Below are positions 1-8,403 of a stretch of 64,000 nucleotides of DNA, in pieces. A program made the position numbers and the translations under genes. Location of the stretch: positions 1,312,001 to 1,376,000 of the forward strand of contig OZ220744.1 in assembly GCA_965116925.1 (NCBI GenBank), in the 5' to 3' direction. Under the pieces are notes generated by a model. The model searched no databases. It was not told the origin of the DNA and saw nothing but the letters and a program-made list of their open reading frames with translations. The stretch is from Candidatus Poribacteria bacterium. GTDB lineage: Bacteria; Poribacteria; WGA-4E; PCPOR2b. The stretch's first letter is position 1. Each line of letters opens with the position of its first letter.

Positions 1-897
1 TACCTCTGGTAGCGATATGAATTGCCGATTAGCTGCTCGATCCAGCGATTGCGGCGTTGATGGCTTATCCTTCGTTAGTGTGGAATCGACTTCCGAATCA
101 GGCTCTTCAACTGTATCATCATCGACTGCCCGCTCTTCGGATTCGATTTCTGTTACGCCTTCCTGACCCTCATCTTCTGTATCATCTTTCCCCCACCAAG
201 CATCGAACATGGCTTCCATCGTCGCTTCTTCAGTTTCGATTTGTCGCTGCTCCTCTTTTTCCTCTATGGCACTTTGTTGTGATTCTAACTGTTGGAGCTC
301 GTTCGCTAGCTCGCCTAAATAAAGATGGTACACTAGATTTTTCTTCGCTTGCAATGGGAGATTCTCAGATTTTGCACCCGGCATTGGCCTAATATTGAGT
401 TGATAATTGGGGCGCAACCCTGCTTTGCGCGCAAGATCGGAGATTCGTCTTGAAATTACCGCTTGAGCCTGCTCCCCCTCGAAGATAGGCCCTCGTATCT
501 CCTTTAGCTTGGCTAAACTTTCAAATTCGCCGTAATGCTTCTTATAGGCGAGCAGGGAATCTGCTTTATTTTCAAGGGCAGGGTGCAGTACCGCCAGGGC
601 GGCTGCGCGGTTTGCTCGGTTGAGGGCTTTCAAATCAACCCGATTTACAATCTCTTTAAACAGAGAATCAGAGATAATCTGACCTTCTAAACCGACCTGC
701 GCTTGAATCTCCCGGTCAATTTGCTGCGTGACTTGAGCAAGTTGGACCAAGTTCTGTGCTGTTTCCAATTTCTCTTGTTTAGCAGCGAGTTCATCGCCCG
801 GAAACCATTGCCGAATTATCGGCTCGATAAGAAGAATCAAGAGCACAAGACCAACGACAGCAAGTAAAACGATTTCACGCCGTGTAAGTTTTCTCAT
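1..897 (-). CDS. GspM/PilO-like inner-membrane platform protein with an HhH-like segment and an acidic region (3' end outside the window)
   Basis: Not in the ORF track. Manual translation gives 299 open codons from ATG 897 (ATGA overlap with the upstream stop): MRKLTRREIVLLAVVGLVLLILL (typical GspM/PilO N-terminus plus TM helix), a coiled coil, then AQAVISRRISDLARKAGL. It follows the PilM/N-like gene. Confidence 0.7.
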   Translation of the reverse strand, partial: MRKLTRREIVLLAVVGLVLLILLIEPIIRQWFPGDELAAKQEKLETAQNLVQLAQVTQQIDREIQAQVGLEGQIISDSLFKEIVNRVDLKALNRANRAAALAVLHPALENKADSLLAYKKHYGEFESLAKLKEIRGPIFEGEQAQAVISRRISDLARKAGLRPNYQLNIRPMPGAKSENLPLQAKKNLVYHLYLGELANELQQLESQQSAIEEKEEQRQIETEEATMEAMFDAWWGKDDTEDEGQEGVTEIESEERAVDDDTVEEPDSEVDSTLTKDKPSTPQSLDRAANRQFISLPEV

Positions 898-2597
898 TTG
901 CCGACCTTCTTTTTTTCTAGGACATCGCTTTTCTGATTACTACTTTCGGATCTGCTAGGCACATTGTGATTGAGGTTACGGGTTTGGGCAAACTGATGTA
1001 TCGCATCTTTTGATAGATTGCAGGTAATCTGCGCCTGAAAAATTGGCGTCTTATCGCGTTCAATGCTCGTAACCTGACCAGATTTGATATTCGTAAATGC
1101 CCCTGATTGTGCCATAGTGCTTATTGTCTGACTCACATCTTGGTGCGATTGGGCTTCGATGTTAAAAGTAATCTTCGCTCTTTCAAGGTCATCTAATCTA
1201 GTGATGTTAAGTGTTGTCCAAGCGACTTTTGTACGGTCAGAAAACCGTACGCTCAATTCACGCACTATATCGAGTGGGGAAACACGAGGTGCTAAAAGAT
1301 TTACGATGGCTAAATCTTTGGTCAATGTTCTTTTTGCGTTGGATTCGGCTTGGCTGATGTTTCTGATCGCTCCATCCAGAGCAACAATTTTCGCCTGATG
1401 GATTCTGCTCTGCGTCAGTCCGCCCAACCCAAGCCCTACTAGCAGCACCAATCCAGCTGCAACAGCCATTAGCGTCCGCTTCCGCTGTTGGGCTTGTGTC
1501 AGTTTCATCTTCTCTTCTGAAGGAAGCAGGTCCAAGGAGATCTGGGAGGTCAACGCATTAACGCCTAGCCCCAATGCAACAGCAAGTGTATCGCTGAAAC
1601 CGTCAACAGATTGAGCGTCGGAGCGTTGTTCGTCCCACACTTCTTTGAACGCATCAAGTGGATTCCAGAGCAGGACTGGTACTTCTAACCGATCCGCGAT
1701 ATAGCCTGTTAGTCCAGAAATCCGCGCACCACCGCCACACAGCCAGATTTCACGAACGATACTATCCCCATTAATGTTGAGTTCCCGTTTCGCCCCGTTG
1801 ATAGAACGCTTCAACTCTGCGACCAGTCCATCCGCCCAGGCGTACGACGGATTGGTGGCTTGAAGGTGCTGATTCAGCACAGCATCCATAATTTTTCGAC
1901 GTTCAGCAATCTCAAAATCGCTCCCCGTTTCTTGCTGATAGAGATGCGTCAGATGATTTCCACCAATGGGAAAACTCCGTGAGAACCGTAGGGCATCTCC
2001 AGCTAGCAAGCAGAGGTCTGTCCGCCCCGCACCAATATCCACAATCATTGTCATTTCAGTTGATGAATCATCTTTGTGGCTTGCTATACCCGCCAACACA
2101 CTCGTTGCCAGTATCGAAGGCATCACACCTTTAGGTGTAATACCGAGTGGTTTCAGATAATCGATCTGCTGTTGTACCGTCTCACGCCGTGCAGCGATCA
2201 GTTCAACGGAAATACCATCCTCCGAGCGATGCACGTCATGGTGGTCATAGATAGCACCTTCCACCCGGAAGGGGAGTTCCGTCTCTGCTTGCATGGCAAC
2301 TAGACTAGCGAGTTGGTCATCTGTTGCAGCAGCAGGCAGGTTTGTCAGGCGACGCGACGTAACCAATAAGCGGGGAATTGATAACACCACTGAAGCACTA
2401 CGACCACCCACGCGTCTCCAGAGACGCTGTAAGGTTTCGGAGATCACTTCAGTCGGGATTTCCGCCGTTGGGTTGGTATGGGGATAGGGTTCCACCTCCG
2501 CGTTCACGAGGCGAATTCCGGCCGCAGTCTGTTCTAGCTGCACCAACTTAATCGCGCTTGTCCCAATATCAATGGATACGATTTGATTCTTCGCCAT
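894..2597 (-). CDS. pilM: PilM-like actin-fold protein fused to a PilN/GspL-like TM and periplasmic part
   Basis: Actin-fold motifs IDIGTSAIK, VDIGAGRT and LCGGGARI, then LDLLP, a TM helix and a C-terminal domain. Confidence 0.85.
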   Translation of the reverse strand: MAKNQIVSIDIGTSAIKLVQLEQTAAGIRLVNAEVEPYPHTNPTAEIPTEVISETLQRLWRRVGGRSASVVLSIPRLLVTSRRLTNLPAAATDDQLASLVAMQAETELPFRVEGAIYDHHDVHRSEDGISVELIAARRETVQQQIDYLKPLGITPKGVMPSILATSVLAGIASHKDDSSTEMTMIVDIGAGRTDLCLLAGDALRFSRSFPIGGNHLTHLYQQETGSDFEIAERRKIMDAVLNQHLQATNPSYAWADGLVAELKRSINGAKRELNINGDSIVREIWLCGGGARISGLTGYIADRLEVPVLLWNPLDAFKEVWDEQRSDAQSVDGFSDTLAVALGLGVNALTSQISLDLLPSEEKMKLTQAQQRKRTLMAVAAGLVLLVGLGLGGLTQSRIHQAKIVALDGAIRNISQAESNAKRTLTKDLAIVNLLAPRVSPLDIVRELSVRFSDRTKVAWTTLNITRLDDLERAKITFNIEAQSHQDVSQTISTMAQSGAFTNIKSGQVTSIERDKTPIFQAQITCNLSKDAIHQFAQTRNLNHNVPSRSESSNQKSDVLEKKKVGK

Positions 2598-2695
2598 GTC
2601 TCCCTCTACGGCAGATTAAAGTGTCTGAAATTCCAACTGCTTTTTCTTCATATCCCAGCAATGTATTTCTCTCCCAGAAAGTTCCATCGGCGCAC

Positions 2696-4243
2696 CTAAT
2701 TCTGTCTCCAATACTTGGTCACAATCTGTTCCCCAGTGCGATCAAGGGCACCAACACAAGAGGCAACCGTTTTGCCGAGATTGTCAACCCCTTCAGTTTC
2801 AATCAGAAAACCGTGTGACCGATAGGTAACCAACTCTGCGATCTGACGGAAAGTCCCCATATCAATCCCCTCAACCTCAAGCAGCTGATTGATGCGCTCA
2901 AAAGGATTTCCCTCAACCCCAGCTGCTTCCAATGCTTCAGCCCGCTCACTGTCTTCAGGTTGTGATTCGCGACGACTAATAATTGCACCCGCTTTGTCCA
3001 CGTCCATGCCCGGCAAAAGTTGTAATATCTCCTGCGGTGCCGTGTTGATGTTAATGAACCCGTTGACTATTGCGTCATCCTTTGTGGTAATTCGATCGAC
3101 TATGCTACCAAACTCATCCTCCGTTATCAGCTTTACCTCTTTGAGTTGATCAACATTTTGGAAGTTACCTTGACTGTTACGGTGGTCGACAATCCGTTCA
3201 GCGATACCCTCATCAATACCATCTAACGTCTGCAACTCTCCAGCATCGGCGGTGTTGATATTGACGATATCCTCCTCTTCGTCATTGCTTTCTATACTGA
3301 TCCGCTCGCGGATATTGTTAAAAACCTGCTCCGTGACCGCCGTTGCATCAATCAGATCGCCGATACTATCGAACTCACGCTGTTGAACCAATGCGTCCTT
3401 TTCCCCTTGGGAGAAAACGGGCTGATTGTTGTTCCCTCGGATCTGGGTCAGCTGCTGTCCGTCCGCGTTGTTAATGTTGACACGTGCATTGCCATTTGCA
3501 TCCGTATTTTTGTCGATCGAATAGACTGTCACCAGATCGACCAATCCGGGAACGTTTTGCTGCGTCCCTGTCGCGTCCATTCCTATATTACTACCTGTGC
3601 CCTCGACTGCATTTGGGGCTGCAGCAACCTGTTGCCCATAGAGCAGTGCCGATGTCATACCTTCGACTCGCGCTAAGTCCCGCACAGTGCGGTAGGGTCT
3701 TCCCTGCTCAATCACTTCAGCAAGTGATTGTTCCGTTGCTCCAACCTCTTGATAGCCCATCAGGGTCAATAGCCCTTGAATCATACTCACATCTGCCGTA
3801 TTGATGTTAATCTTGGCACCTTCATCGGTGATTTTAACGCGATAGATGAGGGGACGTGCAGCTTCAATACCCTCTCCTATCTGTTCTTCTAACCCCTCCG
3901 CCCAATTTTCTCCAAGTGAATCGTAAGGGGTTTCATCCCCACGAAGCATCACAACTGCTCGCTCAAACCCCGCCTTTGCGGCATAGTGGAACTTGGTTCG
4001 ATCCGCGAAATTTGCCTGCGCTCGCTGCTCTAGACGAATCGAATACAGAAAGTGCGTTGCAAGGACCGAAAGAACTGTCAGCAACCAGAGTGTCGAGATA
4101 AGAGAAAGTCCACACTCGCAGCGGACCAAAAAACGGGCAAATTGACTTTCCCGTTTTCTGGTTTTCTGGTTTTCTCGTTTTCGGGATGGCTCTGTACCTT
4201 TTGCGTCTTTGCGGTAAAAATCCGATTTATCCGCGATCGACAT
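2696..4243 (-). CDS. gspK: GspK-like minor pseudopilin with several HhH/ComEA-like repeats
   Basis: G|LSLISTLWLL prepilin site without E5, D-x-L-x-E-x-W (DSLGENW), ITDEGAKININTA; four (I/V)NIN(T/N)A motifs. Confidence 0.85.
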   Translation of the reverse strand: MSIADKSDFYRKDAKGTEPSRKRENQKTRKRESQFARFLVRCECGLSLISTLWLLTVLSVLATHFLYSIRLEQRAQANFADRTKFHYAAKAGFERAVVMLRGDETPYDSLGENWAEGLEEQIGEGIEAARPLIYRVKITDEGAKININTADVSMIQGLLTLMGYQEVGATEQSLAEVIEQGRPYRTVRDLARVEGMTSALLYGQQVAAAPNAVEGTGSNIGMDATGTQQNVPGLVDLVTVYSIDKNTDANGNARVNINNADGQQLTQIRGNNNQPVFSQGEKDALVQQREFDSIGDLIDATAVTEQVFNNIRERISIESNDEEEDIVNINTADAGELQTLDGIDEGIAERIVDHRNSQGNFQNVDQLKEVKLITEDEFGSIVDRITTKDDAIVNGFININTAPQEILQLLPGMDVDKAGAIISRRESQPEDSERAEALEAAGVEGNPFERINQLLEVEGIDMGTFRQIAELVTYRSHGFLIETEGVDNLGKTVASCVGALDRTGEQIVTKYWRQN

Positions 4244-4261
4244 TACATATTATTCCTTTCT

Positions 4262-4371
4262 GGCTCATATAAAAAGAAAGTGCAAAATACCGAAAGAAAT
4301 CGTAGGCGGGGCATCTTGCCCCGCCCGTGCCAAAAACTTAATTTCTATTGCACGCTTTCTTAACATGAGCT
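4262..4371. mobile_element. MITE family A (GGCTCAT...ATGAGCY ends, 8-bp TSD)
   Basis: Terminal inverted repeats; TCCTTTCT duplicated at 4254-4261 and 4372-4379; internal GTAGGCGGGGCA..TGCCCCGCC hairpin. Confidence 0.85.
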
Positions 4372-4383
4372 TCCTTTCTTTCC

Positions 4384-5292
4384 TCATCCACCCGGTCCTG
4401 CTGCACCGGTTCCACCGGCCGGTTGTTCACTGAAGTTCGCACTCATAGGCAGATAAACCATTGTCGATTGGGTTCTGGTATTAGTGCCGGTATTCTGACG
4501 CTGCCGACCGCTTTCACCCGCGACTGTTACCCAGACGACAACGGATGCCGGAATCATTTCGGTGTCGTCCCACGACTCATACCACTCCTCGCCATCGTAG
4601 TATCTCAAATCAAAAGAGGTAATCTGATCGATGATTGGAACAATATTTACATAGATTGGATTCCCCGCTTCATCTTCAGTGGGAAGTGTGTCTGATTCGA
4701 GCAGCGGTTGGATAACGGTTTCCACATCCAAAGCTGTTGTTGACAATCGGTAAAGTGCTAATCCGCCCTCCGCTTCGCTGTCTGCCGTCAATAACCCTCC
4801 ACCCATATCCATCCGGTCCGCTTGCTCGTTTTCCAGTTGCCAAGCACTATCTTCTCCAATATAGTAAGCGATTCGCTGGACATCGCTTACAAGTTCCTCC
4901 TGACTGAAATCTTCATCTGTGATGACCGTTTGATTTCCCGCATTCAGTTGAGCGAGAAATGGATCGGGATCGGTATGAATCAACGTCACGAAACTGATTA
5001 AATCTCGGTCAATTCCTTCCTCGATCGGATTATCCTGCGACACAATGACGAGAGACTCATCGCCCTGTACAGCTTGCAGGTTGCTCAAGTCGGCGGCAAC
5101 TTGCTCTAATGCGATTCGACATTTCTGCGTCATCACGATCCGTGATTCAGACTTCTGGTAAACATCTAACGCAACATTGAACGCCGTGTAGGAGGCACCT
5201 CCAATAATGACCAGAATGCTGACAGCGACAAGCAATTCAAGCAAGGTAAAACCGTGGGCGTTGGATATAGACCGTGAAATGTGAGACCTCAT
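4384..5292 (-). CDS. gspJ: GspJ-like pseudopilin
   Basis: G|FTLLE site; C-terminal FDLRYYDGEEWYESWD..IPASV; start at 5292 overlaps the gspI stop (ATGA). Confidence 0.85.
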   Translation of the reverse strand: MRSHISRSISNAHGFTLLELLVAVSILVIIGGASYTAFNVALDVYQKSESRIVMTQKCRIALEQVAADLSNLQAVQGDESLVIVSQDNPIEEGIDRDLISFVTLIHTDPDPFLAQLNAGNQTVITDEDFSQEELVSDVQRIAYYIGEDSAWQLENEQADRMDMGGGLLTADSEAEGGLALYRLSTTALDVETVIQPLLESDTLPTEDEAGNPIYVNIVPIIDQITSFDLRYYDGEEWYESWDDTEMIPASVVVWVTVAGESGRQRQNTGTNTRTQSTMVYLPMSANFSEQPAGGTGAAGPGG

Positions 5293-5852
5293 CCGCCACC
5301 CCCTTGTCCCTGTTGACCGCCCTGCGTCTGCTGCTGCGGCATCTGACGGTCTGCGAGATAGGTACTCGTTGAAATTAACCTTTCTTTGCCGCGCTCTTGC
5401 CACGTGACGGTAATGGTTACTAAGCGCAGCCCTTCAATCTCATCCGATTCCACATCTTGGACATCCGAATGCCAACGGAATCGTGAATCCTCTCCAAATT
5501 CACCCTCCTCTTCGCCTATATCCGGATACCCTTCAGATTCAATTGCCGCCATCCGAAATTTAAGGAGATACAGCGCGGTTGTTCTGTTTTCTGCCAATGC
5601 TTGCCCCTTTGCCGCTTCCGTAAAGGAACGCAGCAACGCCGGCAGAGCTAATGACAAAATGGCTAGCGTGACGACAATTTCGATTAGGGTAAAGCCGTTT
5701 TTGTCGTCTGCTGATCGGCGGAAAAATGAGAGGTTCTTGTTAAGAAAGCGTCCGACAGAAACCGTAGGGGCGGGGTTCCCCCGCCCGTGTTTCGCATCTT
5801 GCGCTTCCTTTTTATATGAGCCAAATGAGATTAGGTTATTCAGGGGGTTCAT
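5289..5852 (-). CDS. gspI: GspI-like pseudopilin, leader lengthened by an in-frame MITE
   Basis: G|FTLIE site, LRLVTITVTW; GGAG RBS before ATG 5852. Confidence 0.85.
   Translation of the reverse strand: MNPLNNLISFGSYKKEAQDAKHGRGNPAPTVSVGRFLNKNLSFFRRSADDKNGFTLIEIVVTLAILSLALPALLRSFTEAAKGQALAENRTTALYLLKFRMAAIESEGYPDIGEEEGEFGEDSRFRWHSDVQDVESDEIEGLRLVTITVTWQERGKERLISTSTYLADRQMPQQQTQGGQQGQGGGG
5732..5822. mobile_element. MITE family A copy inside the gspI coding sequence
   Basis: GGTTCTTGTTAAGAAAGCG...TTTTTATATGAGCC; AAATGAGA duplicated at 5724-5731 and 5823-5830. Confidence 0.9.
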
Positions 5853-6567
5853 CTGTCAACTCCAACGCCTCAAGTTGCTGCGAGTTAATTTTCTGAAGAC
5901 GCACCCGGCCCGCTGCGTTTTCGACCGTTATGGACATCGCTTTACCGCGCCCATCTTGAATATATAGCACTGTGTCCTCCGACGAGCCCGTTGGAGAAAA
6001 GTAGATATAATCCACACCGGTATCTATTTGAATAGTCTGAAAATTATGATTCGTTATCATGCGTGCTAAACTCACATTATGCCCCGGTTTCTGTGGTATT
6101 CCAAGGATTGCATTTGTTCGTGAAGGGGGTGGTTGCTGCAATACTGCCATTCCTTGATCTGCGGTTGGTTGTTGAGCGGGTAGCGAACTTGGGGGACTCG
6201 CGGTTACAGGCGTGGACAGGGCTCCGAGATTGAAAGTTTCGTTAGAGGCAAGCCAGTAGCGGTTTGTCGTCAAATCAAACACAACGAGGTAAGCTGCCCG
6301 CTCAGTAATTGCCATATCACGCGCAAAATTGAGCATATCTCGGATGGCATGGGCGGTGGATTTCAAGCGCGTCGATGCGGCGAAGCCGCGTAGAGAGGGC
6401 ATCGCAATAGAGGAGAGAATTGCGATTAACGCAAGCACGATCATGACCTCGATTAGCGTAAACCCTTTCGAGGTCAGCAGATATAAACCTCTTTTACTAT
6501 GTAGGGTGCAACTATCGCATCGGGATGAACCCCTTTCTGAACACAAAATCCATCTGGGCAGGTGCAT
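5836..6567 (-). CDS. gspH: GspH/FimT-like pseudopilin
   Basis: G|FTLIE site, LNFARDMAITER, IYFSPTGS, GRVRL. Confidence 0.85.
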   Translation of the reverse strand: MHLPRWILCSERGSSRCDSCTLHSKRGLYLLTSKGFTLIEVMIVLALIAILSSIAMPSLRGFAASTRLKSTAHAIRDMLNFARDMAITERAAYLVVFDLTTNRYWLASNETFNLGALSTPVTASPPSSLPAQQPTADQGMAVLQQPPPSRTNAILGIPQKPGHNVSLARMITNHNFQTIQIDTGVDYIYFSPTGSSEDTVLYIQDGRGKAMSITVENAAGRVRLQKINSQQLEALELTDEPPE

Positions 6568-6634
6568 GTCTTTACCTTACGGGGTGAGACAAATGTTTGA
6601 TGCAATAAAGAACAGCAATGGGCGTTAATTTACC

Positions 6635-7084
6635 TCACTGATCTATCGCCTGAATCCAGTTTGTGATGTCAGCGTTGAAGTCTGTGCCTCCTTCCTTGCC
6701 ATCCTTACCAAACGAGTAGAGGTCGTAACTGTAACCTTCGTGAAGACCAGGATAGACATAGATGTAATTGTTGCCCCATGGATCTGTGAAAATTGGCTTG
6801 TTAATATAAGGACCGCTCCAATTTTCGGGTGGCGGGTTGGGTATTTGCCACAGTGCCTGTAAATTCTGTTCCACCGTTGGATAGTCCCCGACCTCTATCG
6901 CATACATTTCTAACGCGGTTTCCAAAGCACTAATGTCCATCTTGGTCGTAGCGACCTTTGCCTTATCCGGTGCATTCAAGACCCGTGGGGCAATAAAACT
7001 TGCCAACAGACCGAGAATAACGACAACAATCATAATTTCAATAAGTGTCAGACCTGATTCATCTGATTTTAACCGTTTGAACAC
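6635..7084 (-). CDS. gspG: Major pseudopilin GspG
   Basis: G|LTLIE site, YPT..LQAL, NWSGPY, DPWGNNYIY, YDLYSFGKDG..GG..ADITNW. Confidence 0.95.
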   Translation of the reverse strand: MFKRLKSDESGLTLIEIMIVVVILGLLASFIAPRVLNAPDKAKVATTKMDISALETALEMYAIEVGDYPTVEQNLQALWQIPNPPPENWSGPYINKPIFTDPWGNNYIYVYPGLHEGYSYDLYSFGKDGKEGGTDFNADITNWIQAIDQ

Positions 7085-7120
7085 GTTTTGCCTCCTATGC
7101 TGATAGCGATAAGATGACGG

Positions 7121-8344
7121 CTATCCACCGAGTGCTGTGCTGGCTTCAAAGATTGGAAGTATCATTGCGACTGCAATAAATCCAATCAGTAACCCCATCA
7201 ATAAAATCACTAACGGACCAATTGAGTTGGTAAGCCGTTCTAGGTTTTTCTTGATTTCCAAATCGTAATATACTGATAGTTTCGTCAGCATCTGTTCAGG
7301 GTCACCGGATTCCTCACCAATCGCGACCATGTGAGTCAGTAGCGGCGGGAAGACAGCACTTCTCTCCAACTCTCGTGACAAAGTCGATCCCCGTTCTATT
7401 TCTTGTTCCGCACTTGCGACTGCATTTCCGTAAACCAAATTACCCATGGTATCCTTGACAACACGAAGTGCCGGCAGCAATATAACGCCATTCTCAAGCA
7501 GTGTTGCCATTGTTCGCGTAAACCGTACCAGCGCAAAGTTGCTAAAGATTACCCCAATGACTGGAAGCTTGAGTTTTACGCGATCAAAAGTCAGTCGTCC
7601 ACTTTCCGTCCGAATATATTGCCTGAGCACCGCTACACCGCCAATTACTGCAATTGAGATTATCCACCAGTAAACACTCAAGAAGTCGGTAATACCGATA
7701 AGAAACCGCGTCGGACCAGGTAATGCTACATCCAACTCAGCGAACATACCGGTGAATTTGGGGATAACAAAGGTCATCAAGACCGCTACCGCACCGATGC
7801 TTAACGCTAACAGAATTGCGGGGTAGAATAGTGCAGAGGTCACTTCAGTTTTAAGAATCCGTTGTCTTTCAGCAAACTCAGCGAGACGTTCCAAAACGAC
7901 ACCGAGAACACCGCCCGCTTCGCCCGCTCTTACCATATTGACATACAAATCAGAAAACACCTTCGGATGCTGTGCGAGCGCATCGTTGAGCGGTGAGCCG
8001 TGTTCGACATCATATTTGACCTGTTCGACTACCCGCTTGAGTTCGACGCTCGTAATCTGTTCGAGGGTCACCCCCAGAGAGCGGGATAATGGAACATGGG
8101 CGTTAATCAACGTTGCCATCTGATAGGTGAAGAACTCAACCTCTGCCGGCTTAATCCGAGCGGACAAGAAGGGAATCTGAATCCCTTTTCGATCTTCAGT
8201 TTCCGCGCTATCCTCGACGATACTTGTGGGCCAATATCCCATCACCTTCAGTTTAGACACAAGTTCAGCCTTACTGCTCGCCTCTTGTGTGTTGGTAACC
8301 ACCGCTCCTGTAGTCGTCAGTGCTTCGTAACGGAATCTTGGCAT
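7121..8344 (-). CDS. gspF: GspF/PilC inner-membrane platform protein
   Basis: Two T2SSF repeats (MVRAGEAGG, MVAIGEESG); likely start MPRFRY at 8344. Confidence 0.93.
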   Translation of the reverse strand: MPRFRYEALTTTGAVVTNTQEASSKAELVSKLKVMGYWPTSIVEDSAETEDRKGIQIPFLSARIKPAEVEFFTYQMATLINAHVPLSRSLGVTLEQITSVELKRVVEQVKYDVEHGSPLNDALAQHPKVFSDLYVNMVRAGEAGGVLGVVLERLAEFAERQRILKTEVTSALFYPAILLALSIGAVAVLMTFVIPKFTGMFAELDVALPGPTRFLIGITDFLSVYWWIISIAVIGGVAVLRQYIRTESGRLTFDRVKLKLPVIGVIFSNFALVRFTRTMATLLENGVILLPALRVVKDTMGNLVYGNAVASAEQEIERGSTLSRELERSAVFPPLLTHMVAIGEESGDPEQMLTKLSVYYDLEIKKNLERLTNSIGPLVILLMGLLIGFIAVAMILPIFEASTALGG

Positions 8345-8403
8345 TAGAAACTCTCTCTTGCAATACGTAATCCTTTTACGCATTACGTTTCACGTTTCAG
8401 ACC

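Noticed and set aside
5293..5403. Extended N-terminus of gspJ from the ORF track
   Set aside because: It overlaps gspI in another frame; the ATGA-coupled start at 5292 gives a normal leader
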